A stretch of 36,651 nucleotides of DNA, taken from assembly GCF_001194135.2 (NCBI RefSeq), contig NC_068987.1:96088126-96124776 (forward strand). The letters run 5' to 3'. The notes under the pieces were generated by a model that was not told the DNA's origin, ran no database searches, and saw nothing but the letters and a program-made list of their open reading frames with translations. Positions 35,501-36,651 of the stretch are shown in pieces (the first letter of the stretch is position 1; each line of letters begins with the position of its first letter). This DNA comes from Octopus bimaculoides (lineage: Eukaryota). A program made the position numbers and the translations under genes.

Positions 35501-36351
35501 GGTGGTAGACATGAAGATGGGGGGAGATGTAAAGGCTGTATTTGTTTATGGTAATATGGTAGTGGATGGTGATAATGTTATTGATTAGCTTCAATTAGCT
35601 CAAGGTGATCAAAAGTATTCAAGCTATGATGACCCCTCGCTCTTGTTTTTTTTTTTTTGCTTTCCTCCACCCCTGTACCCCAAACTGCATTACCGTATGT
35701 GTCTGTCTTTAAGAGGGTAGTGTGTGGTTGCTATTTCTAGCAGGGTGAGCGACCATGTAGAAGTTCCCTTGTTCACATGAGGTTAATGCTGTAGTAGATA
35801 GTGGTGTCAGTGGTAGTTGGAGTGTTAATAGTGTTGAAAGTGTTGTTGATGTTTTGTTCCAACACAGTCCTGATCAGGGAAGCCTATGGTCAAAAACATT
35901 CCAGCTATGTCTATCCCACCTGATTTTCAGGCATAGTATGTCTTGGAATACATTATTAAATGCATAACCCTTCAAGACTGACTGTTAGGTATGTATTGAG
36001 TAATATTTGGCTGCTGTTTCAAACAGATCAAGTGATCTTTCAGAGGCACCCTCAGTGATGTTACTTTTGTTATTGTTATTGTTGTTGGTGCAGTAGCCTT
36101 GTTCTGGTTCACTTCAGTTAAGCAGATCTTTGATAAAAGTTGCTCTAGCCATAACTATCTCTCATTTCTCCGCCACAGCTNNNNNNNNNNCAGACATACT
36201 GTATTTAAAATTACATTATCCGATGTATCCCTATCAAAGGGAGTTGAATGTGACTCGGGAGAAATTTGGGTACTATTTATAGCATATCTGTCAATCTTGC
36301 AGAGTCAATTTCATTGTTGTTTTTGGTGGAAGTTGAGATGATATTAATCAT

Positions 36352-36651
36352 CATCATCGTTTAACGTCCGCTTTCCATGCTAGCATGGGTTGGACGATTT
36401 GACTGAGGACTGGTGAAACCGGATGGCAACACCAGGCTCCAGTCCGATTTGGCAGAGTTTCTACAGCTGGATGCCCTTCCTAACGCCAACCACTCAGAGA
36501 GTGTAGTGGGTGCTTTTACGTGTCACCCGCACGAAAACGGCCACGCTCGAAATGGTGTCTTTTATGTGCCACCCGCACAAGCCAGTCCAGGGGCACTGGC
36601 AACGATCTCGCTCGAAAATCCTACAGGAGCCAGTCAGGCGGTACTGGCAAC
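36352..36651 (-). mobile_element. Young RTE 3' UTR, runs off the window end
   Basis: Near-identical to 27268-27570 and to the reverse complement of 5495-5795. Confidence 0.88.

Noticed and set aside
1-36651. CRISPR arrays, rRNA, operons or other prokaryotic systems
   Set aside because: No regularly spaced repeat-spacer array, rRNA motifs or gene-dense coding; the window is metazoan repeat-rich DNA.

Overview
AT-rich, repeat-saturated eukaryotic DNA. The SINE families, RTE-LINE 3' ends with (GAT)n tails, dense microsatellites and short N-gaps point to an octopod cephalopod draft assembly (inferred by recognition; no search was run). Almost all ORFs in the supplied track come from repeats or microsatellites. 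Supported content: many tRNA-derived SINEs; young RTE 3' ends; 3' fragments of two restriction-like-endonuclease retrotransposons (HERO-like, R4/Dong-like); two mariner relics; piggyBac-type and Helentron-type non-autonomous elements; a fold-back MITE with a head-to-head telomeric core; and a few short candidate terminal exons of two unidentified convergent genes. The standout is a complete type I hammerhead ribozyme on the minus strand (13087-13178). It sits in a diverged ~350-360 bp tandem repeat that also holds a decayed second hammerhead, the architecture of a non-LTR retrozyme. Identities quoted are by-eye estimates.
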